Shown one piece after another: positions 39,701-51,742 of a stretch of 55,622 nucleotides of DNA. The stretch comes from Pelomyxa schiedti (lineage: Eukaryota; Protista; Evosea): NCBI GenBank assembly GCA_020536535.1, contig JAHLWZ010000895.1:1-55622 (forward strand), given 5' to 3'. Numbering within the stretch: position 1 is the stretch's first letter; every line of letters begins with the position of its first letter. Below the pieces are notes generated by a model. That model had not been told where the DNA came from. It was given only the letters and a program-made list of their open reading frames with translations, and made no database searches. The position numbers and the translations under genes are program-made.

Positions 39701-42700
39701 TCTGCCCAGATTTCTGTAGTCTCACCAGAGGTATTCATTTTTCAAAATGACAGCTCTCCAACATCTCCTGCATTACTCTTGAAAGGAGACCTCTCTTGCT
39801 CAGTATGCTTTTTTTCAGCCTTTTTTGGTACTAATGGAAAAAAAGATGAGTGAAGACACTCAATTTCATCTTAATGCTTCACGTACATCTGTGACATTGT
39901 GCAATGTGTCTTCACCTCTGGTACCTTTTTTTTTAATTACTAAAGTCCGGTGATTATTCTGTAGGACAACAATCATCATTCAAGTAGGTGTTTGATGGCA
40001 CCATCATCTTTTTCTCTATCCTACCAGAAATCTGGCCAACAGCAAGTCGTTATTGTTGGGCCCTCCTCTATCCAGCTGAGTGCCTCTGTGTCTGATGTTA
40101 ATCTCATTATGCATCTTGTCAAGGATCTGCAATCACTTACAGAAACAGGAACGTCCAATAAGCCCACAACCGACACATCGGGGGGATTGGAGAAGGTAAT
40201 ACTTCAATACTTGTTCTTTCTTTCCTTTGTTTATATCTCTGGACAGTTACTTGTGCAAAATGCTACAGCTCTCATCACTGTCCTCACTGATGGGGACCTC
40301 AAACCTATTATGGATTTAACTGCTTGTTGCAGTGCAAATGTTTCTGGGTTGTCATCGAAGGTACTACCCTGACCTGGTTGGAGAGTTGCCAATTGTTCTT
40401 TCTATCTTAGATGAAGTTTGCGGCCTCTATATCTTCTACATTCAGAGTTCATGGAATTTGTAATGATTCCTATGAAAGGTCTTTACATTACATTGATTTT
40501 AATGAGTACCAATCATTCACCCCATCAGGCAACCTCTTTTTGTTATAGTTCTAAATGATACCCGCATATGCACCACTCATACTGAAGAGGCATTGCTTAC
40601 TTCATACCGCCTTGTACTCCCAGAGGTTCAGGTATCAATTTGTGGGAACCCTATAGTTAATAGGGTGGACCTGATCACAGAGTTGTCACAGAACCAAGAC
40701 AAAACATCAGTGGGTCACTTTTTTCTTTTCCCTTCAAGGATTGATTGTGGTAGGTATCTGTTGTAGTCAACCACTTTGATGTGAAGTTCTCTGAACTTCA
40801 GTTGAAAACAATACTTCAACAATACCCAGCAATTTCCCAAGATTTTAGTTCTCTTTCCTCAGTGCTTCCTCATGACGCAACCACTGAAAAACATGGTTCA
40901 CTTTTTCAATATTCATTTCTCTTCCCTAGTCTTATTTTAGCAGAGGGGATCCCAAAAACCGTGCATAAAACCGACCTTGGGGTTAAAATAGACTCTTTTG
41001 GAATGTATACTCCAACCCCTCTCACCTTCTTGCCACTTATCTTTTCTCAAAGAGGTGTGGTTGGGTTGTGCACCTTGGAGTTAAAGAGCTTGAACACAAA
41101 GATTCAACTGGGTGCTAGTGCAATAATGGTACCTACTATTATTTGCCCTGATTAAAATCCAAATAGGTTAATGGTTCGGTGGTGCAAACACATTTCACAG
41201 ACTTGCGTGAGCCTTCACCCCTTTTCCAAGAGGTTTTTTTCTTCTCTTTCTTTTTCCCCCTAAAACTGATTAGAAGGTCCCACCATGGGGAACATCAGTA
41301 TGCAGCAAATTTCAATTCCATTTTGAGCAAGATGTGTCAACTGGTGAACAACAAGTCAGTGCTGCTTTTGCGTCACCCAAACTCTTCCTTGTACCATCAC
41401 TTATAGTTTGCCTTAAAGTACGGATTTCGTGTTAGCATCCTTTAATTGATTGCATCAACAGGAAGTAGCAACCAACATTCTGCAGTGCCTACCATCTACC
41501 CCACCTCAAGTGTCCAGTCAAAAACCAACTTCTGGGTTGCTTAAGGCCTCCATCAATGTTAGTGACCTTCTTCTTGTGGCTGTCTGCGATGAGTCTGCCA
41601 CAAATTCAGCTTGTATATCTGTAGGTGCCACTGTGGATGTGAAGGTGTGGATTTTTGCATTCCCCAACTAGGCCCCGTTTTTAAAGTACAGAGCAGGTGC
41701 AACCTTCACTTACCTCTGTAGCAGCCAGCAACCTTCACATTACTTCTTGTGAATTTCAAGCCCCTGATATGGTGTGCCAATAGTCAGCCTCTCTTCAAAA
41801 AGAAATAAATCATCATTAGGCCCACACAATCCTGGCGAATACAGGTCTCAACCTGTTGCACTCCCAAAATATTAGTCCCAATGGCTCTCCTGTTACAACT
41901 CTGACTGTAAACACATCTGAAATTGTTATATCTTTATTTTTGAGTGAAATTGGGGCTGCAATGAAGTTACTATCTGCTGCCAGCCCACTTATTCCCAAAT
42001 CAGAACACTCCCCACCAAAAGGATCCTCCTCTCTGAACGCGGAACAACAAGTACTAAATTTTACTTTGAGAGTCTCTCACAATGTGACAGATTTCCATAG
42101 ATTGTCAGAAAGCTTCCATTTGCCTCCTTGATTCCAAAGAAAGTAGCATCTCTGTTGGATCCCTCAACATAGAAAATCTAACATCATCTGTTGTCCTTTC
42201 GTCAAAGGTTAACCCTCTGTTTTTTCTCCTTTTTGTGATTGTGGTACCCAGACGAGAATATCTGCCCACTTCTCTGCTGCAGTGAAAGTCTGTGCACAAT
42301 CCTTGGATGAGAATTATTCTGTTCTTACAATATCAAATGTGACCCTAACCATGTCTGAGTCAGCAGAAAGCACTTTCCTTGCTGATTCATGCTCCTTGTC
42401 TGTATCACTTCGAAATCAAGTTCGCTGTATCCTTAAACCAACTCGCCTCGAGATGACTTTCTGCTCTGCTGAAGAAAAGATGGTTTTCTTTCTGAACTCT
42501 TTATTTTCCCTCATTTGGGAGTAGTTCCGACTTGTCATACCCACACTAGCCTGCAAGATTTCTGAAGAGCATATCCAGTTTTTGATCCAACAATACCTTT
42601 TTATTGTGGGTGTCTCTCATTCGTTGAAGAACATGATGCCAAGTCCCAACATATCCTGTACATTAAAACATGTGAATATTTTTAGTCTTATTCCACTAAA

Positions 42701-45700
42701 GCTGCAGAAGTTGTAGCTCCCACACAAGCAACCACTTTGAAAGGAATGGTAACCGTTCCAAATATTTCCCTAGAACTGTCTTTATTGAGAGATGAAACCA
42801 TGTACCTTCAAAATACTTGCTGCACTTACTTATTGGCACATGTAGAGAAGTGAGCCTCTGTGGATTGGCATTGTCTGATCTTAATATTAACATTGTGTTA
42901 GCCGACCGATTGATGGAGGTATTTCCAGGCTTGTTGTTTATCAAATAACAGGATTCTTTAGGTTGGTTGTGAGATAAGAAACCTTTCCATGGATGACAAG
43001 AGAGATCGACCCTCTTCTATTGTCAAGGCGTGTAGGGTAGCCATGGTGATTCTCATATTAAACAACCTCAGAAATTCATTTATTCACATGGGGAACCTGA
43101 CACTTCCACCTTAAGCATGTGCTACAAATCTGACTCAAGAGCAGTGAACAAGGTTAAGCAAAGGGCCACACTCACATTAAGAACAGTGACAGCCATCGCT
43201 GTTCCTTCCATTCTTCAGGAAGTCAAGGTTGTTTCTACAGTCCTTATGAAAAAAACCAACCCTCTTGCCCAGTCTCTTGTGACTAGGGTAGTGGCGTTAC
43301 TGCCTAAACAAGCAGTAGTTGAACCTATCAGCAGACAGCCTTCTATAATTTCCGTTCTCCATGCAACAGTATCCCTGGAAGATGCACACATTCTAGCAGT
43401 CTGTGATGAAGAAAACATATCTTCATCAGTTATTGGGCTTGCTGGAAGCTTGCTCTGTAAGGTCTAGTTATCTACAAGCGAAATTATTTTTGGTTAATAA
43501 AAAATAAACAGATTGCTCTAGATTCTTCTTCAAGGATTCAGGTAAAAGCACCTGTTTTTTCACTGTCTCGATTCCAACAGGTAGTCTTGTGATTCCTATG
43601 CCTTTCCCTCACTTTCTTTTTTAGCAATCAGCAAGTCTTCACCCCTTGTATCATATCATAGCACCGTTCAAGTTTTCATTCAATATTGACACTGCCCCCA
43701 CTTCAGCCACCTTCCAAACTTCAATTCCCCAGCTGGATCTGTCTTTTTCTCTTGATGATGTAAAGTTGGTTCTGCTGATCGTTCAGGCGTTCCTGCTACT
43801 TTCAACATCACAAGAACCAAGCAGGGAACGTACTTCAAAGGATACGTCACAAACTAAAGAGAAGGTACACTGTTTAGCATTTAGCTTCACCCCTAAAAAG
43901 TCCACTAGTTTGTTCTTGATTGTGATTCAATATCCCTGAAGCTTCTAGAGGCAGACCAACCCCTCATAACTGCAAAATTCAGTAGCTTGTCTGCCACAGT
44001 TTTAAACTGGTCATCGCAGGTTTACCCCTTTTCCTCGGCAGTATTGTCACTCATTCCTGTTACAGTTGGGAATTACTACTGCATTCTCTTCAACAGTGAC
44101 TTTATTTTCTGATGCAAACTTCACTACCGTACATATTGGTCATGCAGCAGTTTCAAAGAAGGAAGCTGCCACATCCCCTGACAGTACTGATGCCCTTTAT
44201 GAAAGATATACTTTGGATGTAAGTGAGGTCAACATTTCTACCACCATATGTGGTAAGCACCTATCACTTGTTGAAGGACTTGCTTTTGGTGCTCGAGTAG
44301 AGAGATCATTGCTTCAAACAGTCCCTGAGACAAATGTGTGTGTCTCTAACCATTGGTCAATTTTAAAAATGATAGGTCATTGGCCGCATTGGAAATAACT
44401 GCTGGTCTATTTCGGAGAGACAATTATTTGTGCTATTGAGCCAATACAGACGAGCAACGGACCTGTCTGCTGCTTTCACAAAGGCCCTGTCTTGGAGTAT
44501 AAATCTACAGCTATACCTGATGAACTCTAACTCTCCCTAGAACAGCCACCAACCTCTCAAACAACTCTCCCAGCTGCCACAACTTCACAGCACAAACTTG
44601 ACATCTCTTTGGATATTGAGCAGATCATTTTGAACTTAACCCAGGATTCTGAGTCAATGTATTTTTCTCAGTTCCTTCTGGAGATTTACTGTTGATAGAG
44701 AGTCGGCCCTATGCATGCTTTCTTTGTCGCAAGTGAAGATGAATCTTTTATCAACTGAAAGTACAACGGTAAAGAGCTCCTACTCCGTGGGTGTCATCTC
44801 AAGAAAAACCTACAAATAAGATCTCTGGAAGTATTCATCAGATAGAACTTGCTGACATACGCCCTCTCTCACATATACTTTTCAAAGTACAACTTAAAAT
44901 TACCCTGTGTATTTTACATACGGAAAAAAAGAACATTCTCTGGGGGAACTCTAAGTCCCTACCTTTGTTAGACTTCCATTATGAACAAACCAAACAAGGG
45001 GATCAAAGTCTTAAGCTCTTACTTCATAGTCCCACATTTTACATTTTATCTTCTGTACTTTCAGACCTCAAGGTAGTCTTTCTTCCCAGTAAAACAATTT
45101 CCAAACATAGTTCTTAGGCTGCCCTTATGCGAGTCAAGGAACGCCTATCTGGACCTTCTTCACAAGAAACTACCAATGTTACACAATTTGATATGAGATT
45201 CGATCTGGACAATTTTGATTTAGTTGCAGTCAGTGATGAAACAGTTCCAACTCCACCTTGTCTTGAGATTTGTGGACATGTGTTGAGTATCGAGGTACTG
45301 AACCCTTTTCCTTGACTATTCTTAATATTCTTTAGGTTTGCAAGTCTAATACAATTCTGAATATGGGAGCACTGTCTGCGGCTGTTTTCACACTGAATGG
45401 AACTGAAAACCAAGTATATTTTTTACTTGTTTATGTTCTTTCTCACACGTTCAGGCTGATGGAAGCAACAAGATTAACAGCCGTTTCCTGATTGATCCTT
45501 TCACTACACAAGTGAAGTATATACAAGAAATGCCTGCTATTAATCAGGTGTTATTGAGCCTGCCTGCACTGGAGCTGTTCCTCTCATATAGAGACTACTT
45601 GTTGCTCACGCACATCATTGCTACTGTTAAGCCTCTTACTGATCTCTCATCTCGCAATGCCCGCCGCGAATCAACACATGCCACTTCTGGTGAGCTAGAT

Positions 45701-48700
45701 GTCACTGCCTCACAAGTTTGTTCCTCGAAGTTATCTTCCTACCTTGACCTTTCACAAGCCGGTCCATATTGACTTGAAGTGCCCTTCACTCACAGTGACC
45801 CTTATCGACGACATAGAAGCAGTGAATTTACCTCTTTTTACTTTGAAAATTGCCTCTTTAGACATGAAACTCATTACTTCACCAGTTGTATGCAACAATT
45901 GTTCAATGAAGTCTAAAATTCGTTTAGATGGAACTCTCTTCTTCGTTAGCTCTGACAATTGATTTCTTCAACAACCAACTCATGATTTCTGAGCCCGTGA
46001 TCAATGCATGGAAATTTTCACTTCAAGTAACACAATTGAAAGTCACCAAGAGATCTAACCCTTCCACAAGATCAAGCTTGGAACTAAACCAGCAACAGTG
46101 ATTGTACTCAACTCCGATCTACCTTTGTGTCTCACAGTATCACATGGCCTTTTCACATCACTCACCAGTACATTCCTTTCGTTGGCAGCTGATATGCAAA
46201 AGAACACCAAGTTTTCATCTGAATTGTGGCACACCTCCTCAAAGCAAAACACCGTAGTTGTTTGCAATAAGCTTGGTAGCCGTCTTGCATTCAAACTTCG
46301 TGGTTCTGATCAAATTCCACTGCCATCTGGTTGTGAGAAGGCACAAACCCTTGAAACCTTGTCCCCCAATGTATCCTTGAAAATTCTGTCTGCCTCTAAT
46401 TCTCTTTAGGGGAGATATTCCAGTACAATGATCCATTCTGCTGATGCTTGGCTTGAAGACATGACCCCTATTCGAAACATCACAGTGGACAGAATAGGAT
46501 GTGAATTGCATCCTGTTCCTTCTTCAGCCCCAGTTGTCTCAGAGGTGCTTTTTTTTTTGTTCAACATGTTTATTACAGTAATGGTTAGGTCTCTTGGAAG
46601 GACGGCACTAAGTTGCTTACATTGAGGTCTCATGTGCTTGTTGCAAATTATACTGGACAGTCCATTGAAGTTTTTTTGTCGAGTGCAGATCATTCAACAC
46701 ACACGATAATGCTCATTGGTATGTTTTTCGATCTTAAGTTGTTATATCTTAAAAACAGTAGAGCCAGATGGAAAAGAACCCATTCCGTTGTCTTTGGTGT
46801 ATTCGTCATCTATCTCAGTTCGACCTTCATCAGAACACCCCTACAGTAACGCCAGAAACTTACTGGAATTATACCGCCTCTTGGTGTGTACTCTTATTTG
46901 GTTATTTGATCATTGTATTGAGTTGTCACAGGATAAGCCCGAACTTTTCACGTGTTTGTGCCAAGGGTCTCCCTCTTGGTGTGTGGCCATGAGAACAAGT
47001 CTCTCTGATAGTGAATTTCTTGGGTATAATTCTCCGGATGTCATCCCGTTTTTTTTAAAACACCTTCTCCAGTATTTGTAAGAATCCCCAAATTACTCTT
47101 GCATTCCACCCGTCATTTGTTGTCTATAACTATCTTCCATTTGATATTTCATACAGTGTGGTAAGTAATCTTAATATGTTCCACGTCTTACTTGATAAAG
47201 CTATCTGCAAGGGGTAACATTAGGAGTACTGAGAGTGCAGCTCTTTTTATCCCACGGGTTCCGAACATTGATTTCACCTTTGCCTCACATTGTATTTATT
47301 TCTTTATTGTGCTGTGAAATTGTGAAATATAACGGTTTTGAAGGTTTCATTGCTCATAGATACCAGCACTCACTTCTTCCTGGAAAGCATAAATTCAAAG
47401 TGGACCTCGGCAACAAACAGCATGTTCGTTTGCACCTTTTAACCAAGTAAAGTCTTCATCCTCTATCTTAGTGGTTCTTTCTCAAATTTTTCAGAACTGA
47501 GGACTCTATTGAAATGCACCTTTACGCACCAATGTGGATATTCAATAAAACTACCATCCCACTGTTCTGTGGGAAGAACACACAAAAAGGCACCTTTTCT
47601 CCCTTCTTGAAATTGTAGGTGTGCTCCTAATAACAGACAGATCTGGAAATATTTCTGGAACCTTCAACTTCGAAACCTGTACTTTTTTCTGGGAGAAGGG
47701 TGATGATCAAAGCTGAGAGAACTGATTGGTCAGAAGTATGTAGTTTCATTGCAGTGCAACTTTAATTTGTGGAAGTCCTTTAATATTACAGTGGGCACAT
47801 CTGGTTTCTTGGAGATTCCTAATCCTCGGGGAATTGTTTACAATATGCATATTACTGTTATTCCAGGAAAATCTAAGGTAGAGGCAGATATAAAGGCACT
47901 TTCTTACTTACTGCTAGTTTATGCGCACCAAGATAGTAGAAATAGAGCCATACTTTGAAATGGTAAATAATACAAACTCTGCACTTCTTGTGCGACAAAA
48001 AGGGACGACTGATCCCTCACGCTTTGTAATGTTACCTGCTCAAGGAAAAGCACCAATGCACTGGTATTCTGATATAAAGGTAGTACATCTTGTGGGAAGG
48101 TTGCCTCATTAGATTAAGGATGACAACTGGGGGGTCGTTCAAATCATGCAACCAGAGTTCCCTTTTTGTTCATGGTACCTCCTTTCTTTTAAAAAAAGAA
48201 ACCAGAAGTTTCTCATTTTGGGAAGGTCGGCACCTTTCAAGATTGATGAAGTCAATGACCTGGCCATTAAAACTGCACCCACTGGTTTGTCATTTCTCTT
48301 CTTTTTTCTTAAAAAAACCCTGAATGAATCCAGATTCTCTTGGAAATTGGATAGTAGTTGAAGTGGATGACAAGCGGTTGATCACAGTTTGTTTCAATCC
48401 TTGTGATCCCAAAATGCCACCTTTCTGGATCAAGAATGATACATCTCTCGATTTTACAATCTCACAAAAGGCAAGTGTTTATATCTAACGAAATGTGTGG
48501 CTAATACCGTGCAGGGTTCACCTTCACAACACCACCTCCCAGGGAAAAGCATTACCCCTTGGGCATGGGACCTACCAATGGGGGAACAGAAGTTGGTTGT
48601 CACCTCTTCCTCGGTGCCCTTTGAGCCAAGAGAATACCGTTTCAAAAAAGTCGGGGTGGCGAAAACTATCTCAGACTCTGTACGTTTCCCGTTTTGGGTG

Positions 48701-51700
48701 TTGTTCAGGACACTTCTTTGACGAAGACATTGTTTAACATTTCCTTGTCTTTCAAAAACACAAAACCAGAAAAATCGATTTCCTCCTATTTTCCCATTCG
48801 TTACTTTCACGGGGCCTATTCTTACTCTCGTTTTCACACACGACCACTCCATTCTTCCCAGTGAGAAAAGAAGAAGTTTGCTCCACAAAAAAACTGCTTC
48901 TGAGTCAGCTGTCACTCCCTCTGTATATGTGGTTAATTTCTTTTTTTTGCGTTTACAGTATATTAGTCGGAGTTACTGAATAGTTACTCTCTGAAGTTAA
49001 GTGGCGTGGGGATTTCAATTGTCACCAAACTGGGACATGTATATTCATCTTGCCTGTTCTTTGTTTAATGAAACTAACAGGAATTGCTTTACCTTTCCCT
49101 CCAAGGGATTTCGGCTACGTACTTCGAGTATGTGGAAGACGTACATATTCTTTTACAGATAAAAAATTTCCAAGTAAATTCTTCCAGCTCTTTTCCTCGG
49201 TAATACAGTGCAGCTGGACAACTATGGAAAATCCAATTTCCCGGTAATAATCCGCACTGTTCTCAAGGATCCTACAAAGCCATGGCTCCATTTCTCTGCT
49301 GTGAAATCCACGCTCTACAGTATGATTGTCTATGATTTAGAATGGATTGGACAAGACGACCAGACCCTCTAACGTATTTACTCAACAGAAAATATTGACA
49401 GTTACACATTCCTGCAAATTTTCCTGCAAGAAATGGAAGTTCTCATAGACACTCTTATAATTGGTGATGCAATACAATTTTATGAATCACTACCAATAAC
49501 TGAATTTTTTGATGCTGTTGATAAAGTGTCTAAACTCTTCACGTGTGGTTACAGCCTGGTAAAATCGCCTTTCACAAAGATTTAGGCCTCCTCTTGCATC
49601 ACCTCATGCTGTACCACCAACCGAATCACCTTTACTGGGGGACACAGTACCCGGTTCTCCTCTAAGTAGCTCTTCCAGAACTTCCACTTCGGCACTGTCA
49701 TCACCAGCCTCTACGGAACTTCCGTTGTCACCTCCCACCACACTGCGACAGATGCTACACTTCAAACTCCTACATATTAACTCCATTAGGATAACAATGT
49801 ATCTTCTCCTTATTTTGTCACCTCCTTATCTCCGTGCAGGACACTCGCTGTTAACTCTGGAAGCTTGAAACAACTGTATCTTCTTTCTGCCCTTTCTTTT
49901 TGAATGTGAGATTAAAAACGCACAAACTAAAACCAATGCAGCCATGGACCAGTCGTAGTGGTTTTGGAAACATTAGGCAGCACTTTTGCGAATATTGACA
50001 GAGCACCCCTGACTCTGAACACTCTCATGCTTCAGAATGTTGTATCTTCCCGCGAGAAACTCATGGCCATCTTCCGCAGGCATTTCACCCGCCAGATAGT
50101 GAGCGAGGTAAGTTCCCAATTTATTAATCTCTTCCCTGAAGATACATATTTCCAACCAGGTGCATACCTTGCTAGGCTCCACAGAGATACTGGGCAACCC
50201 AGTGGGACTATTTCATAATCTTGGTACTGGCTTCTATGACTTCTTCAGTGAACCAGCTCAAGGGTTGATAACATCACCCGAGGCTTTTGCAAGTGGGCTG
50301 GCTAAGGTTTCTAAAATCAGAGTTTTGGGTCTTCCTTACATGCTACAATTATTTGGTAGGGATCATCCAGTTTGGTCAAAAATTCTGTCTATGGTGCTTT
50401 TAATACTGTCAGTAAAATTACTGGAGCAATAAGTAAAGGTAAAGAAGCCCCATATTTAGCACCAGTTTACGTTTAAAAAAAAAAAGGAATGGTCAGTTTA
50501 TCTTTTGACGAATCGTATGCAAAACAAATGCAAGCCAGACACATGAAGCAGGCAAGACATGCAGGCGATGGTGTAAGAAAAGGATTTGAAGCTCTAGGCT
50601 CTGGAATGCTCCATGGCGTAACAGGGGTCGTTGTATGCTCTCCCGTTTAATTGGTAAAGAATTAAAGTACTGGTAGACAAAACCTGCTGAAGGTGCACAA
50701 AAAGATGGTGGTCTTGGGCTTGTAAAAGGAGTTGGTGTTGGCTTACTTGGGTAAGCAACTTCCCTTTCTGAACACGAATTCGTTTTTCGTTTACTCCAAC
50801 TTACAACAACAACCTAGGCTGGCAGCTAAACCTGCTGCCGGTGTGTTTGAGTTGTATTCAAAGGTAGAGCCAACTTGTATGGAACTAACTAATAAATCAA
50901 TAGACGAGTGAAGGAATAAAAAACACTACAGTGTCTGGTGAAGTTGCCCCACAGCGTGTTAGACTCGAACCCCAAGAGGTAAAACTGTTAATTAATCTTT
51001 TTTCCAACATACAAACAAAACAAAAGGAGGCTATAGTAGGTCAAAGTCTCATGGAGAAATACCTTGGCAATAAAAGGCGGAAGATCTTTAGAAAGACAGA
51101 AGAAAGTTATGTGTTACACAAAAGTGTGGATTCCAACAACAAAATTGTCATGCTTACTACAGCGAGTGTTGTGGTATTTGACATGGCAAGTGGTGTGACA
51201 CCACTTGCCATGACCTATCTAGGTACATCACCTTCTTCCCAGCCCCGCAGTGTGGCAATAAACTAACTGCCTACTCCAAAAAAGACCTCATATCTTGCGA
51301 GACAAGTAACGACAGCATAACGCTGGTCTTCAAGAATGCCGAGGTAAGTCTACCATGCGACTCCCAAACGTCCGCCTTGCTCTTCGCCAAAATCGGCCTG
51401 TGGGCAAGGCTCTCTTTCCCCGAGGACAACCTCGCCTCATCGTCCAGCTCGGTCCTGCCAAAGTCCCCAGAGACGGCCTCGCCGTCACCCACGCCACACC
51501 GCTCAGCTTCCTTCGCCTCCGCATCACCCGCATCACACCGCTCAGCTTCCTTCACCTCCACCTCCACCTCACCCACATCCACAGCACCGGCAACAACAGC
51601 TGCATCCTCGGCATCATCAACGTCAACGTCAGCATCAGCATCCCCATCGGTATCCCCATCACCCACAGAGTCACACTCCTCACCTTTTGGCTTGAGAGGA

Positions 51701-51742
51701 AAACTCTCTCGCTTACGTCACCCTGGAAAAGACAAGGATTAA
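27768..51742 (+). CDS. VPS13: Giant VPS13 bridge-like lipid transfer protein (roughly 140 introns, hand estimate 5,500-6,000 aa)
   Basis: Chorein_N MFEGLVCELLTRLLGKYIANLNADQLSLGIWGGDVVLANL and KVIDNLQIEINKIHIRYE. Six VAB-type repeats at ~46220-48900 (e.g. YAPMWIFNKT, PYFEMVNNT, PPFWIKNDT...PWAWD). C-terminal FANIDRAPLTL, ILGNPVGLFHNLGTGFYDFFSEPAQG, ATG2_C Gly-rich helices, a PH-like region and a Ser/Thr tail; stop 51740-51742. Confidence 0.95.
32920..45890 (+). repeat. Seven diverged ~1.85 kb intragenic tandem units within VPS13
   Basis: Recurrent peptide motifs with identically placed phase-0 introns. The PS-hydrophobic-K helix is followed by donors at 34007, 35927, 37716, 39575, 41418, 43228 and 45073. 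The NWSSQ/DWSSK-type motif is followed by donors at 34831, 36715, 38566, 40361, 42208, 44020 and, divergently, 45888. Confidence 0.88.

Noticed and set aside
32920-45890. VPS13 repeats as an assembly expansion artefact
   Set aside because: The units differ strongly in DNA sequence and are recognisable only through peptide motifs and intron positions.
27768-51742. Fragmented ORFs suggesting pseudogenes or stop-codon reassignment
   Set aside because: Wherever checked, the stops fall inside short GT-AG (rarely GC-AG) introns and the standard code gives continuous protein.
4-51742. Cluster of homologues of neurodegeneration-linked genes (HERP, ZDHHC17, LRRK-like, presenilin, VPS13)
   Set aside because: All are common endomembrane or signalling families, interspersed with unrelated genes. 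Without conserved synteny this is best treated as coincidence.
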